Source: a virus (Duplodnaviria; Heunggongvirae; Uroviricota; Caudoviricetes). From it: a DNA stretch of 17,783 bases. The position numbers were made by a program, and so were the translations under genes. The notes below the pieces were generated by a model that ran no database searches, was not told the DNA's origin, and saw only the letters and a program-made list of their open reading frames with translations. Below, piece after piece: positions 7,628 to 15,541 of this stretch (its first letter is position 1; every line of letters begins with the position of its first letter). Location: IMG/VR virus record IMGVR_UViG_2671180427_000010; one strand, 5' to 3'.

Positions 7628-8473
7628 ATGAGGAAAAAATCGTTTGGACGTTGCCCGTTTGATTTCGACGAAGATGTAAAAAAAATAGCCGCGATAAATA
7701 AATATATCCATGCGAAATTTGAGAGGCATAAAAATAAAATAGATAACCTAAAGGGGGTGGAACAAAAATTGATGGTTTTACATTACTTTAATGTACTGAA
7801 TGAACTTAGTAATCAGGCTATATTTTCTTTGAGTACCGGAGCCTTTTCAGCATCGGAAGTATTAACTAGAGTTATAATGGAACAGGCTGCCAATCAATTT
7901 TATATAGCAATTGATGATGGAAAAAATGCACAAGCATTACTCAAGGGTAGTAAGAAATTAGTTCATAGTAATGGGAAACGGTGGCTGGAGTGTTTAAAAT
8001 CCAAAGAAATGACTAATCCAGCAGCAGATGAAAGGATTCGTATCGGAAAAGAGCTAACTGATATGTTTAATAGATTGTGGCCAAATACACCTGAATATCC
8101 TGGAACCAAAAAGCTTTTCGAAGTAATTGGCTGGGAAACACACTATCATGCCTATTACGTCCCTCTTTGTGATTCAATACATACATTCTCTGATGATATG
8201 GCAAATATAGTATCTCTATATAATGCAATCCAAAGCGATAAAACTACTGCTATCGAACTCACTCTTGCAGTTAAACAAGAAAATAAACGGCTGGCAATTT
8301 ATAATGTCGTAATTGCTATTGGCCTGCGGTGTGAGGCCTTAGTAAATGTATTTAACTCTTTAGGTTATCGAGATATTATAACTGAAATGGCGCCAACAAT
8401 AGATGCAGTCAACCAGATTATAATTCGATATGATGATTTCGAACATTCCAGAATTTTTATTGTCAATAATTAA
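7628..8473 (+). CDS. hypothetical protein (281 aa), AT-rich, no recognised domain; candidate accessory or defence gene
   Basis: ATG 7628 preceded by AGGAGG (7616-7621). ORF track 281 aa. No Walker, RT or nuclease motifs seen by eye; a C-terminal R-x5-H (RYDDFEH) is too weak to interpret. Confidence 0.75.
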   Translation: MRKKSFGRCPFDFDEDVKKIAAINKYIHAKFERHKNKIDNLKGVEQKLMVLHYFNVLNELSNQAIFSLSTGAFSASEVLTRVIMEQAANQFYIAIDDGKNAQALLKGSKKLVHSNGKRWLECLKSKEMTNPAADERIRIGKELTDMFNRLWPNTPEYPGTKKLFEVIGWETHYHAYYVPLCDSIHTFSDDMANIVSLYNAIQSDKTTAIELTLAVKQENKRLAIYNVVIAIGLRCEALVNVFNSLGYRDIITEMAPTIDAVNQIIIRYDDFEHSRIFIVNN

Positions 8474-8526
8474 TTGGCAGAATTCGTACATGCACAACAA
8501 CTAGTTATAGTTGACCTATTTCGCTC

Positions 8527-9095
8527 TTGAGAGACAACCATACTCAAATCTTCCACATTGCAGGAGATTTGAGTATGAATACGTCACCGAGGAACAAAGA
8601 CAGTATCATAGGCCCAAAAAGACCACTTCAGATATCTCATATCTGGGGGCTCCAAATCCGGCTTGAACTGGAAGGTAAAACGCGTGATTTAGCTCGGTTT
8701 CAAGCAGAGCTACGGTGCTGCAACTGAAAAACTGGCAGTCCTATCCAATTTGAGATAACCAAAGGGACAAGAGAAGCTGTTTCTGCATTGATAAAGCTTG
8801 GCAATTTACGCAGTAAAGACTACTTGTTCCGATCTCGGGTCGGTACTAACCAACACATATCAATCCTGCAATATAACCGAATCTTTCATAGGGGGGAGAA
8901 AAGCTTGGTCTCGAAGATTCGCTTTACAGCACACATTCCATGAGAAGAACAAAACCTTGCCTTGTCTGCAAGAAAACTAAGAATCTCCGGGTGATCCAAC
9001 TTCCGTTGGGCCATAAGAAAACGGAAAGCACAGTTCGTTATCTGGGTATAGAAGTTGATGATGCATTAGAGATCTCTGAATCGATCGAAGTCTAA
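8527..9095 (+). pseudogene. tyrosine recombinase (phage integrase) C-terminal fragment with in-frame stop and frameshifts
   Basis: Frame 1 reads GLQIRLELEGKTRDL, in-frame TGA at 8725-8727, then KTGSPIQFEITKGTREAV...DYLFRSRVG. A second frame has RRFALQHTFHEKNKT. A third frame (8940-9095) ends RVIQLPLGHKKTESTVRYLGIEV, matching the conserved integrase C-terminal LGH...T..Y motif. Confidence 0.55.
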
Positions 9096-9101
9096 AGCTG
9101 T

Positions 9102-9123
9102 CAGGGCTGCAGCAGCAGCCCTG
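9102..9123. other. perfect 9-bp stem hairpin (CAGGGCTGC-AGCA-GCAGCCCTG) just after the integrase fragment
   Basis: Exact inverted repeat with 4-nt loop; no U-tract on either strand, so not a typical intrinsic terminator. Confidence 0.4.
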
Positions 9124-9507
9124 TGCCAAGAGCGTACCAATATATGTCTCAAAAAATTGGGCACAGGTCAATATCAATACCAACAACTCTGATTGTGCTC
9201 ATGTGATTTACTCCTGTAGAAAACGCAGACAGTAAAAATATTTCACTGGCTGCTTCAGACAGGGCGTCCATCATATCATTACATAACAATAGCGGGGCAC
9301 GATATCTAGACATGCAGCAACGATGGACATAGAATGAGTACAATCAAAAGCATGTTTAACTACTTTAATTTAAAAATCTTAGAATCTTAGGTGTAGAGTT
9401 CAATACTTAGTTACATACCCTTTTGAAAGCATCACAAATCATAACTATGAGCCTGTTAAAGGCATAGGTATTCTTAATTAAGAGCATTTTAATGAGAGAA
9501 AAATAAA

Positions 9508-10881
9508 ATGAAAAGACTATATTATACCCATCATGATAGTCGAACCTTAAAACTTGCTATAGAAGGTGATGTTTCTGATAATGCGAATATTTTTACAGTA
9601 ATTGTAGGTAAAAATGGCGTTGGAAAAAGCAGATTGTTATCTCAGATTGCTAAAGACTGTATTCAAGATGTTCATTTCTTGAAAACTTTTAATCCATTAT
9701 TTGACAGAGAAATAACACCAAAGTTAATTGCCGTATCTACCAGCCCATTCGATAAATTCCCTCCAGGGCGTAGGTCATTAAATCACCAAAGGAAAGAAAA
9801 TAATTATCGCTATGTGGGTATGCGTGGAGAAGGCCCCTTCGGCGTATCAAATGCCGTATCCCTTTTATCTTCAGCAGCGAGAGGTTGGCTAGAGAAACTT
9901 GCTTATTCAGAAAATCCTGCAAATTTACTCGATGTTTTTCATTCTATTGATTTTGAGCCCCATATAGAGTTTGTATTTAAACCAACTTACAACGGACCGG
10001 ACACTCCTGACTATAACTTCATTGGTGTATATTCAGATGAGATATTAACGGAAGTTAAGGAGTTATATTTAAAATACAATATAAAAATTGACAGGAAGAA
10101 TATTGAGAGTCTCTTAAAGTTAAACTCCGAATCACGTCATGATATTTACGAAGCACTGGTTGAAATTAATCGATTTGAACCTGAACGTAGGGCTGTAACC
10201 TTGTCAGTCGATTTTACCAATGGTGAAACATTGGTTGGCTCGACTTATGCGAATAATTATTTTTCTAGATCAATTCTTAAACTTATGAACGCTGGCTTCA
10301 TGAGATTGATGGATATGCGACTCATAAAAAAAAGCTATGGTCCCATGTCACTTAAACGTGCGAGCTCGGGAGAACAATGTTTATTAGTGATGTTGCTTGG
10401 AATTGCAGGGCATATAACTGATGGTTCTATAATATTAATTGATGAACCGGAAATAAGCTTGCATCCTCGATGGCAGGAAGAGTTTATCATTATGTTAACA
10501 AAAGCATTTTTAACTTACTCAGGTTGTCAATTCATAATTGCAACTCATTCACCACAAATAATATCCAATTTGCCGAATAAAGGTTGTTATATAACATCTT
10601 TGTCGAAAAGTTATCTTTATAAAGCAAAATACTTTAGCAACCGGTCTGCAGACTATCAACTTGCGGAACTATTTGATGCCCCTGGCATTATGAATGAATA
10701 CATTGCCAGGTTAGCTTTCAATTTACTTTCAAAAGTTAAGACTGCTAAGTTAGTAACAGATGATAATTGGCGTGAATTAAAACAACTCCAACTTCTCCTT
10801 GAAAACGTTAATAGTAATGACCCTATTAATGAACTCGTAAATTCCGTATCTCAGGTGTGTGAAATTTATGCCAAAAATTAA
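9508..10881 (+). CDS. ptuA: ABC-type ATPase, Septu PtuA-like (457 aa)
   Basis: Walker A VGKNGVGKS, signature-like SSGEQ, Walker B IILIDEPE, H-loop IATHSP. AT-rich. Followed by an overlapping HNH nuclease gene, the Septu two-gene architecture. Confidence 0.7.
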   Translation: MKRLYYTHHDSRTLKLAIEGDVSDNANIFTVIVGKNGVGKSRLLSQIAKDCIQDVHFLKTFNPLFDREITPKLIAVSTSPFDKFPPGRRSLNHQRKENNYRYVGMRGEGPFGVSNAVSLLSSAARGWLEKLAYSENPANLLDVFHSIDFEPHIEFVFKPTYNGPDTPDYNFIGVYSDEILTEVKELYLKYNIKIDRKNIESLLKLNSESRHDIYEALVEINRFEPERRAVTLSVDFTNGETLVGSTYANNYFSRSILKLMNAGFMRLMDMRLIKKSYGPMSLKRASSGEQCLLVMLLGIAGHITDGSIILIDEPEISLHPRWQEEFIIMLTKAFLTYSGCQFIIATHSPQIISNLPNKGCYITSLSKSYLYKAKYFSNRSADYQLAELFDAPGIMNEYIARLAFNLLSKVKTAKLVTDDNWRELKQLQLLLENVNSNDPINELVNSVSQVCEIYAKN

Positions 10882-11503
10882 AAATCCAATTAGATTCAGC
10901 GCAGAGTCATTAGATATTATTGAGAAAAAATTGTCTTCTCCAGATTTTAAGCATACCAACTGGGGAGATGATGATTTGCAAGTTCTCCGTGCAGAAATTA
11001 GAAATCATTACAGAGAAGAACAAAAGCTAGAATGTGTATATTGTCATGAGCCTATTGGGGTAAGAGCTGCACAAGCTGCTCCTATAGAGCATATTGTGCC
11101 AAAATCTCAATATCTATGTTTTATTTTTGAACCTAAGAATCTATGTGTAGTATGTCCTGACTGCAATGAATTCAAAGGTAAAAATGAAGTGTTATTTGAA
11201 CCCGTAATAAATGGGGGGCGGCGCAAAAACTATCCAACTGCATCTGCATCATTTCGCATCGTTCATCCACATATAGATGATTATGAGATGCATATTATAA
11301 AAGCAAATCGTGTTTATGTGGACAAAACACCTAAAGGGCACTATACCATTGGAATATGTAAACTAAATAGATTTTTTCATTATTTTGGGATGTGTGATGA
11401 ATTTGTTAATGATGCAAAAATTGCTGAGGCAAATGAAAATTTTTTCAAAAAAGGTAGTATTACTACTAATGAATTATTGGATGATGACATTCATTTGATT
11501 TAA
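10868..11503 (+). CDS. ptuB: HNH endonuclease, Septu PtuB-like (211 aa)
   Basis: HNH motifs CVYCHEPIG, IEHIVPKS, CVVCPDCNEFKG. ATG 10868 overlaps ATPase gene end by 14 nt (ORF-track start 10859 is GTG). Confidence 0.7.
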   Translation: MPKIKNPIRFSAESLDIIEKKLSSPDFKHTNWGDDDLQVLRAEIRNHYREEQKLECVYCHEPIGVRAAQAAPIEHIVPKSQYLCFIFEPKNLCVVCPDCNEFKGKNEVLFEPVINGGRRKNYPTASASFRIVHPHIDDYEMHIIKANRVYVDKTPKGHYTIGICKLNRFFHYFGMCDEFVNDAKIAEANENFFKKGSITTNELLDDDIHLI

Positions 11504-11816
11504 CTATGAATTATTATATTGTAAAGTAATCAGGTAAGATATGTTAGACAGTGAGACTATTGCCTTACAGAATTCATTATTCTTATGGATCGCCTTTCTG
11601 ACTGATTTCATATTGGCGGGGTAACGGGAGTTAAGTAGAATGGCTGCGGGTGCTTGAGGCTATCTGTCTCAGGCATGAACACCAAAGGCAGATAGAGAAA
11701 AGCCCCAGTTAACATTACGCGTCCTGCAAGACGCTTAACATTAATCTGAGGCCAATTTCATGCTAGACACATGTAGGTTAGCCTCTTACGTGCCGGAAGG
11801 CAAGGAGAAGCAGGCT

Positions 11817-11972
11817 ATGAAGCAGCAAAAGGCGATGTTAATCGCCCTGATCGTCATCTGTTTAACCGTCATAGTGACGACACTGGTAACGAGGAAAGAC
11901 CTCTGCGAGGTACGAATCCGAACCGGCCAGACGGAGGTCGCTGTCTTCACAGCTTACGAACCTGAGGAGTAA
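11817..11972 (+). CDS. hokD: Hok/Gef-family type I toxin, HokD (RelF)-like, 51 aa
   Basis: Protein MKQQKAMLIALIVICLTVIVTTLVTRKDLCEVRIRTGQTEVAVFTAYEPEE matches the Hok family (TM helix, conserved C and Y). AAGGAG 8 nt upstream of ATG 11817. ORF-track start at 11760 is an in-frame extension. Confidence 0.8.
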   Translation: MKQQKAMLIALIVICLTVIVTTLVTRKDLCEVRIRTGQTEVAVFTAYEPEE

Positions 11973-12040
11973 GAGACCCGGCGAGGGAGAAATCCCTCGC
12001 CACCTCTGATGTGGCAGGCATCCTCAACGCACCCGCACTT

Positions 12041-12072
12041 AACCCGCTTCGGCGGGTTTTTGTTTTTATTTT
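12041..12072 (+). terminator. rho-independent terminator downstream of hokD-like gene
   Basis: Stem AACCCGC/GCGGGTT with TTCG loop followed by a T-run (12057-12072). Preceded by a 9-bp stem with GAAA tetraloop at 11980-12001. Confidence 0.6.
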
Positions 12073-12188
12073 CAACGCGTTTGAAGTTCTGGACGGCGCC
12101 GGAATAGAATCAAAAATACTTAAGTAGCGCGCAGGGATAAGAGGGATGGTCCCTTAAAGGGGAGAGCTAATTATCCGGAAGGATTCTG

Positions 12189-12440
12189 ATGATGAACATC
12201 GAAGAACTGCGTAAAATTTTTTGTGAAGATGGCCTCTATGCTGTGTGCGTTGAAAATGGAAATCTTGTTAGTCATTACCGCATTATGTGTTTGCGAAAGA
12301 ATGGGGCTGCGTTAATTAATTTTGTGGATGGTCGAGTGACAGACGGATTTATCTTGCGCGAAGGTGAGTTTGTCACTTCATTACAGGCACTGAAAGAGAT
12401 CGGAATAAAAGCAGGCTTTTCAGCTTTTGCAGAAGAATAA
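12189..12440 (+). CDS. rem: Rem-like small protein (83 aa)
   Basis: ORF track 83 aa MMNIEELRKIFCEDGLYAVCVENGN. Position immediately downstream of hokD, as in the Qin prophage. Identification from recollection. Confidence 0.55.
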   Translation: MMNIEELRKIFCEDGLYAVCVENGNLVSHYRIMCLRKNGAALINFVDGRVTDGFILREGEFVTSLQALKEIGIKAGFSAFAEE

Positions 12441-12506
12441 ACTCATCTACAATCTTGCGCGGGGCTGAACTCCCGCTGAGTAACACCGTGCCACCGGAGA
12501 AAACCG

Positions 12507-12785
12507 ATGGCACGCAACGTAAAATATTACAATTCTGATAATTCGCCCGTTCTTGCCTGCACGCACGAGCGGTATTCTCACGCATTCAAGTCTGAATGGT
12601 TCCAACACCCTCCATGTACTGAAGAGCAGGCTGAATGGATAATTCAGTGTTACCGCAGGCGCGGATACGAGGTTAAGAAAGCCCTTAGTCTCGACTACCG
12701 TCACTGGATAATCTCCGTCAGGCTTCCTTACTCTGAACGCCCACCGCGTCCGTCTCGCACATTCCAGCAACGCATCTGGAGGTAA
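12507..12785 (+). CDS. hypothetical protein (92 aa)
   Basis: ATG 12507 preceded by GGAGAAAA. Stop lies 2 nt before the next gene start. Confidence 0.55.
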   Translation: MARNVKYYNSDNSPVLACTHERYSHAFKSEWFQHPPCTEEQAEWIIQCYRRRGYEVKKALSLDYRHWIISVRLPYSERPPRPSRTFQQRIWR

Positions 12786-12786
12786 C

Positions 12787-13836
12787 GTGCGGGTATTACT
12801 TCGACCTGTTCTGGTACCGGAACTCGGGCTGGTGATCGTTAAGCCGGGCCGTGAATCCATGCCAGTATTCCACAATACCCGGGTATTGATGGAGCCGGAA
12901 CCGAAAAGCATGCGTAATCTGCCGTCCGGGGTCGTTCCTGCCGTTCGCCAGCCGCTGGAGGAAGACAAAACATTGCTGCCGTTTTTCAGTAACGCACGGG
13001 TGATTCGTGCTGCTGGTGGTGCTGGTGCATTGTCTGACTGGCTGTTGCGCCATATTAAATCCTGCCAGTGGCCACACGGCGATTATCATCACAGCGAAAC
13101 TGTCATTCACCGTTATGGTACCGGCGCAATGGTGTTGTGCTGGCACTGCGACAACCAGCTGCGTGACCAGACATCCGAATCACTCGAGCAACTTGCTCAT
13201 CAAAACCTGTCAGCATGGATGATTGACGTCATCGGTCACGCAATAAGCGGTACGCAGGAGCGTGAATTATCTTTGGCTGAATTATCCTGGTGGGCGGTCC
13301 GCAATCAGGTGGCGGACGCGCTACCGGAAGCGGTATTACGTCGTTCGCTGGGGGTGCGTGCGGAAAAAATCCGCTCAATGTACCGTGAAAGCGACATCGT
13401 GCCGGGAGAGCAGACCGCCACCAGCATACTGAAGCAGCGCACAAAAAATATTGCGTTACTGCCTGACGTCCACCAGCAACAGAACCCACCACAGGAAAAG
13501 ACGGTGGTCAGCATTGCCGTTGATCCTGAGTCTCCGGAATCTTTCATGAAACGACCTAAACGTCGCCGCTGGGTTAACGAGAAATACACACGCTGGGTGA
13601 AGACTCAGCCGTGTGCGTGTTGTGGTAAGCCAGCCGACGATCCCCATCACCTGATTGGTCATGGTCAGGGCGGAATGGGGACAAAATCTCACGATATTTT
13701 CACGCTACCGCTGTGTCGGGAGCATCACAACGAGCTTCATGCGGATCCGCTGGCGTTCGAAGAAAAGCATGGCTCTCAGGTTGATTTAATTTTTCGTTTT
13801 CTTGATCACGCCTTTGCAACTGGCGTGCTTGGGTAA
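12787..13836 (+). CDS. ydfU: YdfU-like DUF968 protein with HNH-like C-terminal motif (349 aa)
   Basis: GTG 12787 preceded by GGAGGT at optimal spacing. C-terminus has CACCGKPADDPHHLIGHGQGGMGTKSHDIFTLPLCREHHNELH. Length and position after rem match Qin ydfU (recollection). Confidence 0.55.
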   Translation: MRVLLRPVLVPELGLVIVKPGRESMPVFHNTRVLMEPEPKSMRNLPSGVVPAVRQPLEEDKTLLPFFSNARVIRAAGGAGALSDWLLRHIKSCQWPHGDYHHSETVIHRYGTGAMVLCWHCDNQLRDQTSESLEQLAHQNLSAWMIDVIGHAISGTQERELSLAELSWWAVRNQVADALPEAVLRRSLGVRAEKIRSMYRESDIVPGEQTATSILKQRTKNIALLPDVHQQQNPPQEKTVVSIAVDPESPESFMKRPKRRRWVNEKYTRWVKTQPCACCGKPADDPHHLIGHGQGGMGTKSHDIFTLPLCREHHNELHADPLAFEEKHGSQVDLIFRFLDHAFATGVLG

Positions 13837-13848
13837 AAGAGGTGACTG

Positions 13849-14220
13849 ATGCTCATAGATTTGGTTTTACCTTACCCGCCGACGGTGAACACTTACTGGC
13901 GACGCCGTGGCAGCACATATTTTATCTCGGAGGAGGGAAAGCGTTATCGCCGGGCTGTGGCGCTTATTGTTCGCCAGCAGCGGCTGAAATTAAGCCTGTC
14001 CGGAAGGCTGGCGATAAAGGTGATTGCAGAGCCACCGGATAAGCGCCGTCGTGACCTGGACAATATCCTGAAAGCACCACTGGATGCGCTGACGCATGCC
14101 GAACTTCTCATAGACGACGAGCAGTTTGATGAAATCAATATTGTGCGCGGTCAGCTCGTTCCTGGTGGGCGACTGGGCGTGAAGATTTACGAAATCACAG
14201 GTGATAACGATGGCGCGTGA
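13849..14220 (+). CDS. rusA: RusA-family Holliday junction resolvase (123 aa)
   Basis: AGAGGTGA upstream of ATG 13849. Motifs [10 protein letters not shown] and [18 protein letters not shown] match the RusA family. Located just upstream of Q, as in lambdoid nin regions. Confidence 0.75.
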   Translation: MLIDLVLPYPPTVNTYWRRRGSTYFISEEGKRYRRAVALIVRQQRLKLSLSGRLAIKVIAEPPDKRRRDLDNILKAPLDALTHAELLIDDEQFDEINIVRGQLVPGGRLGVKIYEITGDNDGA

Positions 14221-14596
14221 TATTCAGCAGGTTATGGAACGGTGGGGGGCTTGGGCTGCAAACACTCATGAAGATGTATCCTGGGCGTCGATCGCTGCTG
14301 GTTTTAAAGGGTTAATTCCGTCGAAAGTGAAATCACGTCCTCAGTGTTCTGATGATGATGCAATGATAATTTGTGGCTGTATGGCCCGGTTAAACAAGAA
14401 AAATCAGGATTTGCACGATTTGCTGGTGGATTATTACGTATATGGAATGACTTTTATGAGTCTGGCACGGAAACTTGGATGTTCGGATACCTGTGTTGGT
14501 AAGCGCCTGCAGAAGGCGGAAGGGGTTATCGATGGCATGTTGATGATGCTTGATATCCGGCTGGAGATGGACAGATATGTAGAACGAATTATGTAG
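14210..14596 (+). CDS. quuD: late-gene antiterminator Q, QuuD-type (128 aa)
   Basis: [23 protein letters not shown]...[14 protein letters not shown]...[21 protein letters not shown] resembles recalled DLP12 QuuD. ATG 14210 overlaps rusA-like stop. Followed by PR'/tR'-like elements. Confidence 0.7.
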   Translation: MARDIQQVMERWGAWAANTHEDVSWASIAAGFKGLIPSKVKSRPQCSDDDAMIICGCMARLNKKNQDLHDLLVDYYVYGMTFMSLARKLGCSDTCVGKRLQKAEGVIDGMLMMLDIRLEMDRYVERIM

Positions 14597-14601
14597 GTGC
14601 T

Positions 14602-14631
14602 TGACCATATACATTGTCCGGGGCTATATTC
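14602..14631 (+). promoter_or_regulatory. PR'-like late promoter (TTGACC, 18-bp spacer, TATATT)
   Basis: -35 TTGACC 14602-14607 and -10 TATATT 14626-14631, immediately downstream of the Q gene. Confidence 0.5.
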
Positions 14632-14692
14632 CTCGCGCGTCAGCAAAATCTGGCGTCGGGATTGGAACCCCGGATATTCAACCGCGACAGAC

Positions 14693-14717
14693 ACACGCCG
14701 CGAGCGTGTTTTTTATT
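14693..14717 (+). terminator. tR'-like intrinsic terminator (Q-antiterminated)
   Basis: Stem ACACGC/GCGTGT with CGCGA loop followed by TTTTTTATT, about 75 nt downstream of the PR'-like -10. Confidence 0.55.
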
Positions 14718-14878
14718 GTCGTAAGCACACGCACATCTGAATAATGGTGGGGCGTATGGGGGAGCTGAAAGGCTCGCCGGTTGGTTGATCCGGTAGTTCC
14801 AACCCTGTACGTCTCACCACCCAATGATTGGAACCTGACGGTGGTGATAGTTAAATCCATCAACCAGAGGGCGTTATC

Positions 14879-15439
14879 ATGACGACTCAAGTTTCTGTCG
14901 AAACTCTTTCCCCGATCACACACAACCAGCTCCCAGTTGTCACTACAGAGTTACTGGCCAAACTATATGGCTGTAGCGTCGAGTGTATTCATAGAAATCA
15001 CCACCGTAATAAAGAGCGATTTGCAGAAGGGAAGCACTACATAATTGCGAAAGGCGCAGACCTCCAAAATTTGAAAATCTCTTTAAGGGATTTTCAAACG
15101 ATCGCCCCAAATGTCCGAAAGCTCATACTCTGGACAGAACGCGGAGCAGCCCGTCACGCCAAAATGCTCGAAACCGATCAGGCGTGGGAAGTATTCGAAA
15201 AACTGGAAGACTGTTATTTCAACCAAAAACAACCACCAGCGGCACAAAACACATCTATCGAAAATGATGGATGCGCATTACTGATCCACTTCGATAAACA
15301 TGGTCAGGTTGAGTTCACGGAAAAGGTGCCCGCCGATGCGATGGTATGCACTCTGGAACGGTTTAAATTTTATCTGGAGCAACACGGGTGGATCGTTGCC
15401 CGTAAAGAGCAACTGGTGGAGCGGTTGATGCGGCTTTAA
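14879..15439 (+). CDS. ORF6N-domain protein (antirepressor-like), 186 aa
   Basis: AGAGGG upstream of ATG 14879. N-terminal region (LPVVTTELLAKLYGCSVECIHRNHHRNKERFAEGKHYII...RKLILWTERGAARHAKM) resembles the ORF6N/Rha-type domain by recollection. Confidence 0.55.
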   Translation: MTTQVSVETLSPITHNQLPVVTTELLAKLYGCSVECIHRNHHRNKERFAEGKHYIIAKGADLQNLKISLRDFQTIAPNVRKLILWTERGAARHAKMLETDQAWEVFEKLEDCYFNQKQPPAAQNTSIENDGCALLIHFDKHGQVEFTEKVPADAMVCTLERFKFYLEQHGWIVARKEQLVERLMRL

Positions 15440-15514
15440 AAATTTCCCCCGAACGCTTTACGATCGTAAAAAGTTGAATATACTGTTAAGAGTGGTTACT
15501 ACGCCGCACAGCTT

Positions 15515-15541
15515 AAACCCGCCGATGAGCGGGTTTTTTTG
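15515..15541 (+). terminator. rho-independent terminator
   Basis: Stem AAACCCGC/GCGGGTTT with CGATGA loop and T-run; may belong to the upstream gene or to the IS left end. Confidence 0.6.

Noticed and set aside
7190-8473. Retron (msr-msd RNA plus RT) upstream of the ATPase/HNH pair, as in retron-Septu systems
   Set aside because: The 281-aa protein shows no reverse-transcriptase motifs and I could not find flanking a1/a2-type long inverted repeats by eye; needs a covariance-model search to exclude fully.
8977-9343. Minus-strand ORFs 8977..9186 and 9149..9343
   Set aside because: Overlap the integrase fragment and hairpin spacer; no RBS, low-complexity or implausible proteins.
12447-12968. 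173-aa minus-strand ORF
   Set aside because: Antisense to two well-supported plus-strand genes with strong RBS (12507 and 12787).
13842-14042. Plus ORF 13842..14042 overlapping the RusA-like gene
   Set aside because: Alternative frame of the RusA-like gene, which has clear family motifs and an RBS.
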